This document shows, piece after piece, positions 9,781 through 18,552 of a DNA stretch of 32,000 nucleotides (the first letter of the stretch is position 1; every line of letters starts with the position of its first letter). The position numbers and the translations under genes were made by a program. The DNA lies in NCBI GenBank assembly GCA_025340205.1, contig CP006868.1, forward strand, positions 1,530,001 through 1,562,000, written 5' to 3'. Below the pieces are notes generated by a model. It was not told the origin of the DNA. It was given only the letters and a program-made list of their open reading frames with translations, and ran no database searches. Origin of the DNA: Ignicoccus pacificus DSM 13166 (GTDB lineage Archaea > Thermoproteota > Thermoprotei_A > Sulfolobales > Ignicoccaceae).

Positions 9781-10170
9781 TTACTCAATCCTTTTTATTA
9801 TAGTCTTCTCGTAGCCTTTCTCATTATAGATAGTTATGATCTGGTAAAGCTTGTCTCCAACCGCCCAGTACTCGACGCTCTCGTTGTCATCATATTCCTC
9901 ATCTACCAAGGCCGCATCCATGGGCATAACGATGAAATACCTATCGTAGACACCATGGGGAGTTAGGTGCTTACCGGTAACACAGAGGACGGGGCCTTTT
10001 TCCCTAGCCGAGAGCATCATTCCCTCAACTATTCCCTCGGCGCTCCTAGTCCTCTCGACACAGCTCATGAGCCTTTCCCTGGTCTTCCCCTCCCTCATGG
10101 ATTCGATAACGAAGACGAAGGGTTCCTCTGCCAAGAGTTGAGCACCTCCGGAAAGGTCTAGGAGAGCCAA
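9781..10170 (-). CDS. Hypothetical protein
   Basis: 129-aa ORF with protein-like composition (YDRYFIVMPMDAALVDEEYDDNESVEYWAVGDKLYQIITIYNEKGYEKTIIKRIE), directly downstream of argG on the same strand. Confidence 0.55.
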   Translation of the reverse strand: MALLDLSGGAQLLAEEPFVFVIESMREGKTRERLMSCVERTRSAEGIVEGMMLSAREKGPVLCVTGKHLTPHGVYDRYFIVMPMDAALVDEEYDDNESVEYWAVGDKLYQIITIYNEKGYEKTIIKRIE

Positions 10171-10191
10171 ATAAGTTGTGGGCCGAAAGTC

Positions 10192-11388
10192 TCACAGATA
10201 CCTCTTTCTGTAGCTCACGATGCTGTCCATGAGCCAAGCGTCTATGAATCCCCTCGCCATCTCATCGCTTGGGAACCAGTTGCTGTCGTAGCTTGTAATA
10301 GCCTTATCGTATATGGCATTCGGACTCCTTCTGCCGACCACTCTAAAGGATCCCTTGTATATCTTGGCCTTCACCTCTCCGTTCACATTTTCATTCATCA
10401 TTTCGGCGAACTTACTCAACTCGACTCTAATGGGATCAAACCACAGTCCCTCGTATACCAAATCGGCCCACTGGAAGTCCATGTTCCTCTTGACTCTATA
10501 TTCCCTCTTGTTTAGAACTATCTTCTCCAAGTCCTTCTTCATATTTATAATAGCCAGGGCTGCCGGGGCCTCATAGACTTCCCTGCTCTTCAAGCCCACG
10601 ACCCTGTTCTCCATGTGATCTATTATTCCATAGCCATACTTACCTACGAGATCGTTTAGGTAATTTATTATATCAATGAGCTTCATCTTTTTTCCATTAA
10701 CAGCTATCGGTATCCCCTTTTCGAACTCCAAGGTCAGCTCCAATACCTCGTTTGGCGCGTCTTCCGGGACTGTCACCCACTCAAAGGCGTCCTTTGGTGG
10801 CTCGTTCCAAGGATCCTCCAGCTCCCCTCCCTCTATGCTCCTAGACCACAAGTTCTCATCGATGCTGTACTTGGATGAGGTCTCGCTTATCGGAATGCCT
10901 CTTTTTCTAGCGAACTCTACCTCCTCTTTCCTAGTCATTCCCCACATCCTTATTGGAGCTATTATCTTGATCTCGGGGGCTAGCGCCTTAAATGCCGATT
11001 CGAACCTTATCTGATCGTTTCCCTTGCTGGTAGCTCCGTGGGCGACCGCGTCCGCACCCTCCTTCTTCGCTATCTCCACTACCTTCTCTCCAATCAAAGG
11101 CCTAGCAAGCGCCGTTCCGAGGGGATAGGCGTCCTCGTAGAGTGCGTTTGCGAGTATTGCCGGCTTAATGTACTTCTCAACGAACTCCTCCTTCGCATCT
11201 ATTAAGTAATGTTTGGAGGCTCCAGCCTTATACGCTCTCTCCTCTATTTCCTTGAAATCCTCCTTCTGACCAACATCTACGGTAACCGTTACCACTTCGG
11301 CATTGAACTTCTCCTTTAACCAAGCTATGGCAACTGAGGTGTCTAGACCCCCTGAGTAAGCCAACACGATCTTAGATATCTCACTCAT
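10192..11388 (-). CDS. argG: Argininosuccinate synthase
   Basis: [23 protein letters not shown] (PP-loop), [22 protein letters not shown]-like region, [21 protein letters not shown]. Confidence 0.97.
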   Translation of the reverse strand: MSEISKIVLAYSGGLDTSVAIAWLKEKFNAEVVTVTVDVGQKEDFKEIEERAYKAGASKHYLIDAKEEFVEKYIKPAILANALYEDAYPLGTALARPLIGEKVVEIAKKEGADAVAHGATSKGNDQIRFESAFKALAPEIKIIAPIRMWGMTRKEEVEFARKRGIPISETSSKYSIDENLWSRSIEGGELEDPWNEPPKDAFEWVTVPEDAPNEVLELTLEFEKGIPIAVNGKKMKLIDIINYLNDLVGKYGYGIIDHMENRVVGLKSREVYEAPAALAIINMKKDLEKIVLNKREYRVKRNMDFQWADLVYEGLWFDPIRVELSKFAEMMNENVNGEVKAKIYKGSFRVVGRRSPNAIYDKAITSYDSNWFPSDEMARGFIDAWLMDSIVSYRKRYL

Positions 11389-11551
11389 CTCGCTAACCGC
11401 GCTTAGGGATCCTCAGAGGGATTTTTAAGGTAATCTGAGGAGATTTTACTTCAATTCCGAAGAGAGATGAGTATACATTAATAGACCGGCAGACCCACTT
11501 ACTTGTTTAAAAGCTTTTGGGTGACGTCTAGCTAGTTAAGGGATTCAGTGA

Positions 11552-14500
11552 ATGGAGGCGATATACCAGAGAGCTTGTCCGTCGTGCGGCGGTGACGTCG
11601 AGAGAAGCAGGCTGATGCTAGGGTTACACTGCTCTGAGTGTAGGGGAGAGCAAGGATTAATGAAGTGGATGAGGGATCTCGAGGGAAAGTATGAGGAGTT
11701 CTTGGACTTCCTTGAGGAGAACTATGGAATAGAGCCTTGGGGTCCTCAGAGGGCTTGGATCAAGTGGCTCCTCAGCGGAGAAGACGTGGTCCTTTCGGCT
11801 CCGACAGGGACGGGTAAAAGCACCACCTTGGCCGCATATGCAAGTTTCATGGCTAAGGAGGGTAAGAGGGTACTCTATGTTGTACCTTCCAGAAGCCTAG
11901 TGAAGCAAGTGGAGAAGCTGGTAAAGGGAGTTGATGTAACGACGTCAGCAAAGATGATAAGAACTCCGGAGGAGTTCAAAGGTTATGATATAATAATAAT
12001 TGATGACGTCGACGCTGCCATGAAATCAGAGAAGACGGTAGAGGCAGTGCTGAAGATCGTAGGTCTAGAGGAAGAGGCGGAGAAGGCGAAGAGGGCGGCC
12101 AAGCTCTTGATAAAGGCAATGAAGGGCGACGAGAAAGCAATGAAGGAGTACGTGAAGCTGAAGTCAGAATTAGTTAGGGCCAGAAGAAAGAAGAGAGCTC
12201 AACTGATCTTCTCCTCCGCTACCCACGGAAAGCCCGGCCTAGTGGCAAAGCTCATGCTCTTGGCCCTAGGCCTCTCTCCATCCTCCTTCCCTCCCGCGGT
12301 GAGGGAGGTAAAGGACGTAAAGATGAGATACGACGATTTGAAGGAATTAGTAGACGTAGTTAAGGAGTTCCTGAAGAGCGGATACGGAGGAGCGGTGTTC
12401 GTCTATGAGGGGGGACCGAAGGAGGAGGTCTTGAGGATTCTGAGGGAAAACGGAATTAAGGCAGAGGAGGCCAAAGCTGGATCGATAAAGGCGATAGAAA
12501 GGTTTGAAAGGGGAGAAGTGGAGGTATTAGTCGCATCCGCCTCCCGCTACGGAGTGCTGGCAAGAGGGATCGACATTCCCGAGAGGTTTAGGTTCGCCGT
12601 CTTCTTAGAGCCACCCCATAAGTCCTACACTATAGAAAAGGCTTCTCTCAGTCCCTTCATGTTAGCGAAGATGCTTGACTTAATCGGAATGAAGGATGAA
12701 GCGGTTGAGGTAGGGAAGCTCATAAGCAGGCTCTCTCCCGCAGAATCCCTAATGCTCTCAGCAGCGATGAGAGGGGAAGTGGAGGTAGACGGAAAGCTGA
12801 GGTCTATAATGGAGAAGCTGATGGAGATAAGGAAGGAGTTACTGGAGAAGGCAAAGGGCGTAAAGGTAGCGGGTAAGGGGCTAGTAATAAAAGATGGTAA
12901 GGTGTTCAAAGTGGATCACGTGACATACCTCCAAGCCTCTGGAAGGGCCTCGAGGCTCACCAAAGAGGGCTTTACCAAGGGAGTGAGCGTGGTCCTATAC
13001 TCAGACGAGGATCTAATGAAAGCCTTAGAGGAATCCTTAAGAGGAGTGCTAGAATTCGGAAACGAACTAATACTGCCGAAGGGCAAGGTTTCCGTGGAGG
13101 TGGAGAGCGCTCTATTAGTGGTCGAGTCTCCCACCAAGGCGAAGACCATAGCTAGGATTCTAGGAGGAGGGTCAGCTATCAACGTCGGCGAAAAGGTCTA
13201 TCAGGCGGCCGCTAGGGTGGGGGATAAGGTCTACTTCTTGTATATCTTCGCAACCAAAGGACATCTCTTCGATTTGACGGTAGATGGGGTGGGAGTCCAT
13301 GGAATACTCATAGGAAACGAGGTAGTCCCCGTCTACGGACCCATAAACAAGTGCAAGGAATGTGGTTACTCTTGGAGCGGATCTCCGGGAAGATGTCCTA
13401 GGTGCGGAGGGGAAGCCGAGAGTTCCCTTAAGAGAATTGAGGTTCTGAGGAGGCTTTCCTATATTGTAGATACCGTAATAGTTGCGAGCGACCCCGATGA
13501 GGAAGGAGAGAAGATCGCTTGGGACGTCGAAGCTATGGTAAAGCCTTTCAACAGAAACGTAAGGAGAGCTAGGTACTACGAGGTCACCAGAAGGGGAATT
13601 CTGAGCGCCCTCTCAGAGCTTCAAGATGTGGATTATGGAATAGTTAAGTCACAAATAGTTAGAAGAATAGACGATAGGCTAGTGGGGTTCGAGGTAAGCC
13701 AACTCCTCTGGAGTAAGTTCGGTTCAAGGAATTTAGGCATGGGAAGGGTGCAAGGTCCCGTACTCAAGTGGGCGGTAGAAGCTAAGAAGCTTTGGGACGA
13801 CAACAAGGGATATGCCGTTACTTTAGAGCTCGAGAATGGGGACAAGATAGTTATATTCAGAAAAGATAAGGAAGAGGCATTGAAAATAGCTTCACTGAAG
13901 AAGGTGAAAATAAGCGAAGTAACTAAGGAGGTTAGGGATCTCTCGCCGTTACCTCCATTGACCACTGATGAATTGCTCAGAGAGGCCTCCTCGAGGGGGC
14001 TCGGTCCCAGGGCGGCGATGACTGCCGCTCAAAGGCTGTTCGAACAAGGTCTAATCACCTACCACAGAACAGACTCCACCAGAGTTTCGGACGTAGGAAT
14101 AGCTATTGCTAAGGAATGGATAGCGAACAACTTCGGAGAGGAGGAGTTCGTTCCTAGGAGGTGGGGAGAGGGAGGAGCTCATGAGGCGATAAGGCCCACC
14201 AAGGCTCTAGACCTCAAGTCCTTACTCTCTTCCATTGCTGCGGGAACCATTAGTGCCAAGCTGGACAAATATCAAATGAAAGTATACAAGATAGTGTTTG
14301 AAAGGTTCATAGCAAGTCAGATGAAGGAAGCACAAGTAGAATTTGCAAAAGTGAAGTATCTGGTAGATAGCGAGGCCGTGACGAAAGAGCACCCGGTCAA
14401 GGTAGTTTCTGAGGGATGGACCAAGGTGAGGCCTATCAAGGTCTTCGAGGGAAGGTTGGAAGTAGGAGAGGTCAAGGTAGTGAAGAGCTATGTAAGGAGG

Positions 14501-14842
14501 GCTTCAAGGTTCAGGCTACCTACGGCAGGAGAAATCGTGAAGAGGATGAGGGAGGCCGGGATAGGGAGGCCGAGTACGTATACGAGAACCATAGAGGCCT
14601 TGAGGAGACACGGCTACGTGGTTCTAAGCAAGTACCGGGGAGCCGTCGTCGCCACCAAGAGAGGGATCAAGGTCTTGGAGTACTTAGAGGAGCTGATGCC
14701 TGAGCTCCTCTCGGAGAGCTACACGAGGAGTCTCGAGGAGCTCATGGAGCAGGCGCCGGATAGGTACGAGGAGATCCTCAATGAGATAGTCGGGAAGGTC
14801 TGGAAGGTCAGAGAGGCGGCGGCTGGTACACTACTATCTTGA
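11552..14842 (+). CDS. rgy: Reverse gyrase (helicase-topoisomerase IA fusion, single polypeptide)
   Basis: N-terminal zinc finger CPSCGGDVERSRLMLGLHCSEC, SAPTGTGKSTTLAAY Walker A, IIIDDVDAAMKS, Toprim LLVVESPTKAKTIARILGG, second zinc finger CKECGYSWSGSPGRCPRCGG, active-site segment GLITYHRTDSTRVSDVGI. Confidence 0.97.
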   Translation: MEAIYQRACPSCGGDVERSRLMLGLHCSECRGEQGLMKWMRDLEGKYEEFLDFLEENYGIEPWGPQRAWIKWLLSGEDVVLSAPTGTGKSTTLAAYASFMAKEGKRVLYVVPSRSLVKQVEKLVKGVDVTTSAKMIRTPEEFKGYDIIIIDDVDAAMKSEKTVEAVLKIVGLEEEAEKAKRAAKLLIKAMKGDEKAMKEYVKLKSELVRARRKKRAQLIFSSATHGKPGLVAKLMLLALGLSPSSFPPAVREVKDVKMRYDDLKELVDVVKEFLKSGYGGAVFVYEGGPKEEVLRILRENGIKAEEAKAGSIKAIERFERGEVEVLVASASRYGVLARGIDIPERFRFAVFLEPPHKSYTIEKASLSPFMLAKMLDLIGMKDEAVEVGKLISRLSPAESLMLSAAMRGEVEVDGKLRSIMEKLMEIRKELLEKAKGVKVAGKGLVIKDGKVFKVDHVTYLQASGRASRLTKEGFTKGVSVVLYSDEDLMKALEESLRGVLEFGNELILPKGKVSVEVESALLVVESPTKAKTIARILGGGSAINVGEKVYQAAARVGDKVYFLYIFATKGHLFDLTVDGVGVHGILIGNEVVPVYGPINKCKECGYSWSGSPGRCPRCGGEAESSLKRIEVLRRLSYIVDTVIVASDPDEEGEKIAWDVEAMVKPFNRNVRRARYYEVTRRGILSALSELQDVDYGIVKSQIVRRIDDRLVGFEVSQLLWSKFGSRNLGMGRVQGPVLKWAVEAKKLWDDNKGYAVTLELENGDKIVIFRKDKEEALKIASLKKVKISEVTKEVRDLSPLPPLTTDELLREASSRGLGPRAAMTAAQRLFEQGLITYHRTDSTRVSDVGIAIAKEWIANNFGEEEFVPRRWGEGGAHEAIRPTKALDLKSLLSSIAAGTISAKLDKYQMKVYKIVFERFIASQMKEAQVEFAKVKYLVDSEAVTKEHPVKVVSEGWTKVRPIKVFEGRLEVGEVKVVKSYVRRASRFRLPTAGEIVKRMREAGIGRPSTYTRTIEALRRHGYVVLSKYRGAVVATKRGIKVLEYLEELMPELLSESYTRSLEELMEQAPDRYEEILNEIVGKVWKVREAAAGTLLS

Positions 14843-15086
14843 TGTAAGGTACCGTCTTCCTCCCTCTCCTCTCGCTCCCTATCTCGACTTCCACTACCTT
14901 AAGCGTCTCACTTAGTCTCTCCCTCAAAGCGTTGAACACTCCTACCGCCTTATAGATGTTCCTCCCTCTCCCCACGATCTCGAGTTCGTCGACGCCGCTG
15001 TTAAACAACACTATGGCATCGAACACGTACTTGTCGATTGGAGCGTCGCCAACAGTTATGAAGTCCCTCTTCTTCATCGCTCTCAC
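14808..15086 (-). CDS. alba: Alba DNA/RNA-binding chromatin protein
   Basis: FITVGDAPIDKYVFDAIVLFNSGVDELEIVGRGRNIYKAVGVFNALRERL...VEIGSERRGRKTVPYIKIVV; 3' end overlaps reverse gyrase by 35 bp. Confidence 0.93.
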   Translation of the reverse strand: MRAMKKRDFITVGDAPIDKYVFDAIVLFNSGVDELEIVGRGRNIYKAVGVFNALRERLSETLKVVEVEIGSERRGRKTVPYIKIVVYQPPPL

Positions 15087-15089
15087 TCG

Positions 15090-17042
15090 CTATTGAGGAC
15101 CGGGGGAACCCTTATATGAGTGGGTTTGAAGAGGGGAGGTCTGTGGGAGCCTTCCCAAGGCTACTCTGAGTATTCTGGCCTTACCCGGGATCCTGAGCAT
15201 TATCTCATCTTCCTTTATCCCTTCAACTATTCCCTTTAGCTGGGGTTCCTTCAACTTATTTGTCCATAGCTTCTTCAGCTTGGTTGCCACTTTCCTCTTA
15301 TCTAAGTCTCCGGGAGCTAGGATTGCATATACTAAGCTCCTCTCTTCCACGAGCTCAGGAGGACCGACTATTATTCTCGGAAAGCCTTCCTTTATCTCCA
15401 CGCCTATTCCTAGCCTCAACGGCACGTTCCTAACGTACTCCCTCTTCCCTCTGATGATGAAAGCTCCCTTAGCGACGTACTGACCACTGGGAGGGCTCTT
15501 GCTCACTTGGCTTCCTTTTACATAGAAGACGTCTACGCTTCCTCTCTCATCCTTCCACGCCTTGGAATAGCAAGCTGTCAGGTGAGCCGCCTCCCAGAGG
15601 TCTCTCTCCGCAACATCCTTCCCCTCTACCTTAAGCACCACCGCTGGGGCTCCCTGCACCTCGGCGTGGAGGAATATGTCCTCATCTTCCAGATACCTCC
15701 TGACGATAGATTCGTTCTGGCTAGCGTCCCTCCCTCCTATTGCCAAGAACCCAGAGCTCGTTATCAACCAATGATACTTCTCATACCAATCCTTCTTCCT
15801 CACCTTTGCCTTCTCCTTAGCTATTTCTTCTAGCACCTTCTCCTTCACATTTTCTAACTCCCTCTCGAGTTCCTCGGCAGCCTTCAACGCCCTCTTGTAC
15901 TTCTTCTCGTATTCCTTTGACTTAGCAAACAACTGTCTTATGTACTCATCCAAGCTGACGTTCTTAGGTATCTCCACCTCCTTCCCACCAACGTTAACCT
16001 TGACCCTCTTCTCCTTCTCTTTACTTAGAACCTCCATTACTTCTGCGTAATGGGAAGCTATCAGAGAGGCCAACTCTTGGTATTCTTGGGCAAGCCTTTG
16101 GTACTCTTGAGCTAATTTCCTTTGCTTCTCTAAGGACTTCTTGAGCCTCTCCACCTCTCTTTCTATTCTTTCCTCCACCTCCTCTTCCACTTCCTCTGCC
16201 TTAACGTTTGCGAAGTATTCATCAAGGGCTTCGTTTATTTCCCTCTCCTTTTCTTCCATTCCCTCAGAGAGGAGTAACCTTGACTTGAAGGGCTCGACGG
16301 AGAAGTATTCGTTACCTTTCAAGTATATGTATCCTCTGCCTTGAAGACTTTCCTCGTACACTTCCCTTATCTTCTCCTTTATCTTGTTCAACTCATCATC
16401 ATTCACTTCCTTAACCTTCTTGTTCTTCTCTATTCCAGCTCTGAAGAGTACCTCCTCAGCGACATCTGCCGGCAGCTTTTGTCCTATGATGAGACCCCTT
16501 ACTACATCCTTTCCCTTCTTAATTCTGGTTCCTAAATCGTCCAAATCGTTGAATGGATCGAAGGAGGGACCTGGAGGGGGAACGTAATTCTCGTTCCTCT
16601 TTATCCTCCTGTCCCTCATCTCTTTGTATTCATTAGCATACAATATCTTCATACTCTTGTCAGTAAAAGCGATAATTCCTCTCGGAACCAGCTCCACTAT
16701 TAAGTAATAGCTCTCTCCGCCTCTACTTATCTCAATTTTAACCACTCTATCATAACCAATCGTCTCGATGTTTGTTATCCTACCTCCTTTAGCGTACTTC
16801 CTTATTCCGCCCGCGAAGGGGTGAAGTCTCTCGGGGGCTTGCAAGCTCTGGGTAGTGTAGTGCATCCTCCTTCCCGGCTCAGCCACTAGGATCGTAGTAC
16901 CCAAGCCCTTAGGCTTCAACTTCATCCACAACAGATCTCCATTGTAATAAACGTTCTGTATACTTGCCCCCTTCAACTCCTCTCCGTGTGCCTTAATCCA
17001 AGCTATCACGTCCAAATAGTTCATGCTCGACTTCTTCTTCAT
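15090..17042 (-). CDS. rqcH: NFACT family / RqcH (Rqc2 homolog) ribosome quality control protein
   Basis: MNYLDVIAWIKAHGEELKGASIQNVYYNGDLLWMKL, long coiled coil, WYEKYHWLITSSGFLAIGGRDASQNESIVRRYLEDEDIFLHAEVQGAPAVVLK. Confidence 0.92.
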   Translation of the reverse strand: MKKKSSMNYLDVIAWIKAHGEELKGASIQNVYYNGDLLWMKLKPKGLGTTILVAEPGRRMHYTTQSLQAPERLHPFAGGIRKYAKGGRITNIETIGYDRVVKIEISRGGESYYLIVELVPRGIIAFTDKSMKILYANEYKEMRDRRIKRNENYVPPPGPSFDPFNDLDDLGTRIKKGKDVVRGLIIGQKLPADVAEEVLFRAGIEKNKKVKEVNDDELNKIKEKIREVYEESLQGRGYIYLKGNEYFSVEPFKSRLLLSEGMEEKEREINEALDEYFANVKAEEVEEEVEERIEREVERLKKSLEKQRKLAQEYQRLAQEYQELASLIASHYAEVMEVLSKEKEKRVKVNVGGKEVEIPKNVSLDEYIRQLFAKSKEYEKKYKRALKAAEELERELENVKEKVLEEIAKEKAKVRKKDWYEKYHWLITSSGFLAIGGRDASQNESIVRRYLEDEDIFLHAEVQGAPAVVLKVEGKDVAERDLWEAAHLTACYSKAWKDERGSVDVFYVKGSQVSKSPPSGQYVAKGAFIIRGKREYVRNVPLRLGIGVEIKEGFPRIIVGPPELVEERSLVYAILAPGDLDKRKVATKLKKLWTNKLKEPQLKGIVEGIKEDEIMLRIPGKARILRVALGRLPQTSPLQTHSYKGSPGPQ

Positions 17043-17202
17043 CCTCTTCCCTATCTTAAGGAACTAGGGGAGTATTTCAGTATCTCATGTTAACAGACTT
17101 TACATAAGCTTTTCAGAAAGAGTAAGCGAATCCAAGTCTACTTTGGCGATTTCTAACGGGAAATGACATTAACTCCGTTCAAATGAATCTAACCGATGAG
17201 AC

Positions 17203-18378
17203 ATGAGCAAGAGGGTAGTCGTGATTGGCGGCGGAATAGCTGGAATGACCTTCGCTCACACCGTTAAGGACAAGCTTGGGGATCAAGTAGAGGTAACGGT
17301 AGTAACCAAGGATCCGTTCTACATGACCGGTCCCAGTAAACCCTTGGTCGTAACGAAGGAACAGAGCTATGACAGAATGGTAAGGGGTTACGAGGAGGCT
17401 ATGGCTAAGGGGATAAAGTTTGCGTTTGGCAACGTAAGTGAGATAGATCCAGCCAACAGGAAGGTTAAGTTAGTGGAAGCTCCTTCTAGGGCCGCTAGGG
17501 TCAAGGAAGTAGAGTACGATTACCTCCTCGTCGCTCCCGGAGTGGTCTACGATGGATCCTCGATAAACGGTTACGAGGACTACTCCTACCAAGTCACCAA
17601 CGTCTACGAGCCCGGAAGGCTCGACTTACTCTATCAGAAGGTTTGGTCCGTGAAGGAAGGAACTATAGTGGTCTACGCTCCTCCCATGCCCTATAGGTGC
17701 GCCCCCGCTCCTTCGGAGACCGCTTTGCTCATAGATACCGTATTGAGGTATAGGAGAGTTAGGGATAAGGTAAGGGTAATCCACGTCGACGCTAACGAAA
17801 AGCCCCAGCCCGGTCCCACCGCCGATATAATAAGTAATATAATGAAAGAAAGGGGAATAGAGCTCATAACCAGCAGAAAAATAGTGGAGATGAACGACAA
17901 AGAGGTCATATTGGACAACGGAGAGAAGCTACCCTACAGCGTCCTAGCGTTGTTAGAACCCAACAGAGCTCCCGACTTCGTGATAGAGGCCTTCGGAGGT
18001 CCTTGGCTGGAGGTTAGAAGCCCACAAGACTTGAGGAGCGTTAAGTACGATGATGTTCTAGCAGCCGGAGACGTGGCCAAGCTGCCCTTCCCCAAGAATC
18101 AAGAGATAGCGTTCGAGAGCGCTAAGTTCGCAGCTAACAAGCTCTTCGAGGAGTTCGGAGAAGAACCGGAGAAGGTGAAGTACTGGTTCATAGGCTGGAT
18201 TTACGTCGGCAACCCTGAAGGGAGGCTGGAGAGCTTGAGCATTCAATTCAGTCTTGACTTCACTACAAAGCCTCCAAAGGCGACCAAGGATCCGGAGCCC
18301 AAGAGGGATTACACCCTTCAGAAGGACCGCTGGGAGCAAGGCTACTTGAACAAGCTCTTCCATCCCAAGGACTGGTAA
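17203..18378 (+). CDS. FAD-dependent sulfide:quinone oxidoreductase-like protein
   Basis: KRVVVIGGGIAGMTFAHTV (GxGxxG), CAPAPSETALLIDTVLRYR, YDDVLAAGDVAKLPFPKN, C-terminal SQR/FCSD-like segment. Confidence 0.83.
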   Translation: MSKRVVVIGGGIAGMTFAHTVKDKLGDQVEVTVVTKDPFYMTGPSKPLVVTKEQSYDRMVRGYEEAMAKGIKFAFGNVSEIDPANRKVKLVEAPSRAARVKEVEYDYLLVAPGVVYDGSSINGYEDYSYQVTNVYEPGRLDLLYQKVWSVKEGTIVVYAPPMPYRCAPAPSETALLIDTVLRYRRVRDKVRVIHVDANEKPQPGPTADIISNIMKERGIELITSRKIVEMNDKEVILDNGEKLPYSVLALLEPNRAPDFVIEAFGGPWLEVRSPQDLRSVKYDDVLAAGDVAKLPFPKNQEIAFESAKFAANKLFEEFGEEPEKVKYWFIGWIYVGNPEGRLESLSIQFSLDFTTKPPKATKDPEPKRDYTLQKDRWEQGYLNKLFHPKDW

Positions 18379-18552
18379 GCTTAATTCCTCCGCTTTCTTC
18401 TCTCCAGACAGCGGAGGTCAGGGACCCCAGCAAGGCTGCCGTGACGGCAGTCGATGAGCTCGGGGACGAGACTCCACCCCTTGAACACACCATCACTTTC
18501 GCCCCTCTGTCTAGCTATATAGCATGTCATCCCAGCTCTGAGGGCAGAGGGG

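Noticed and set aside
18263-18496. Minus-strand ORF MMVCSRGGVSSPSSSTAVTAALLGSL...
   Set aside because: Overlaps the SQR-like gene end and the hairpin cluster; non-protein-like composition.
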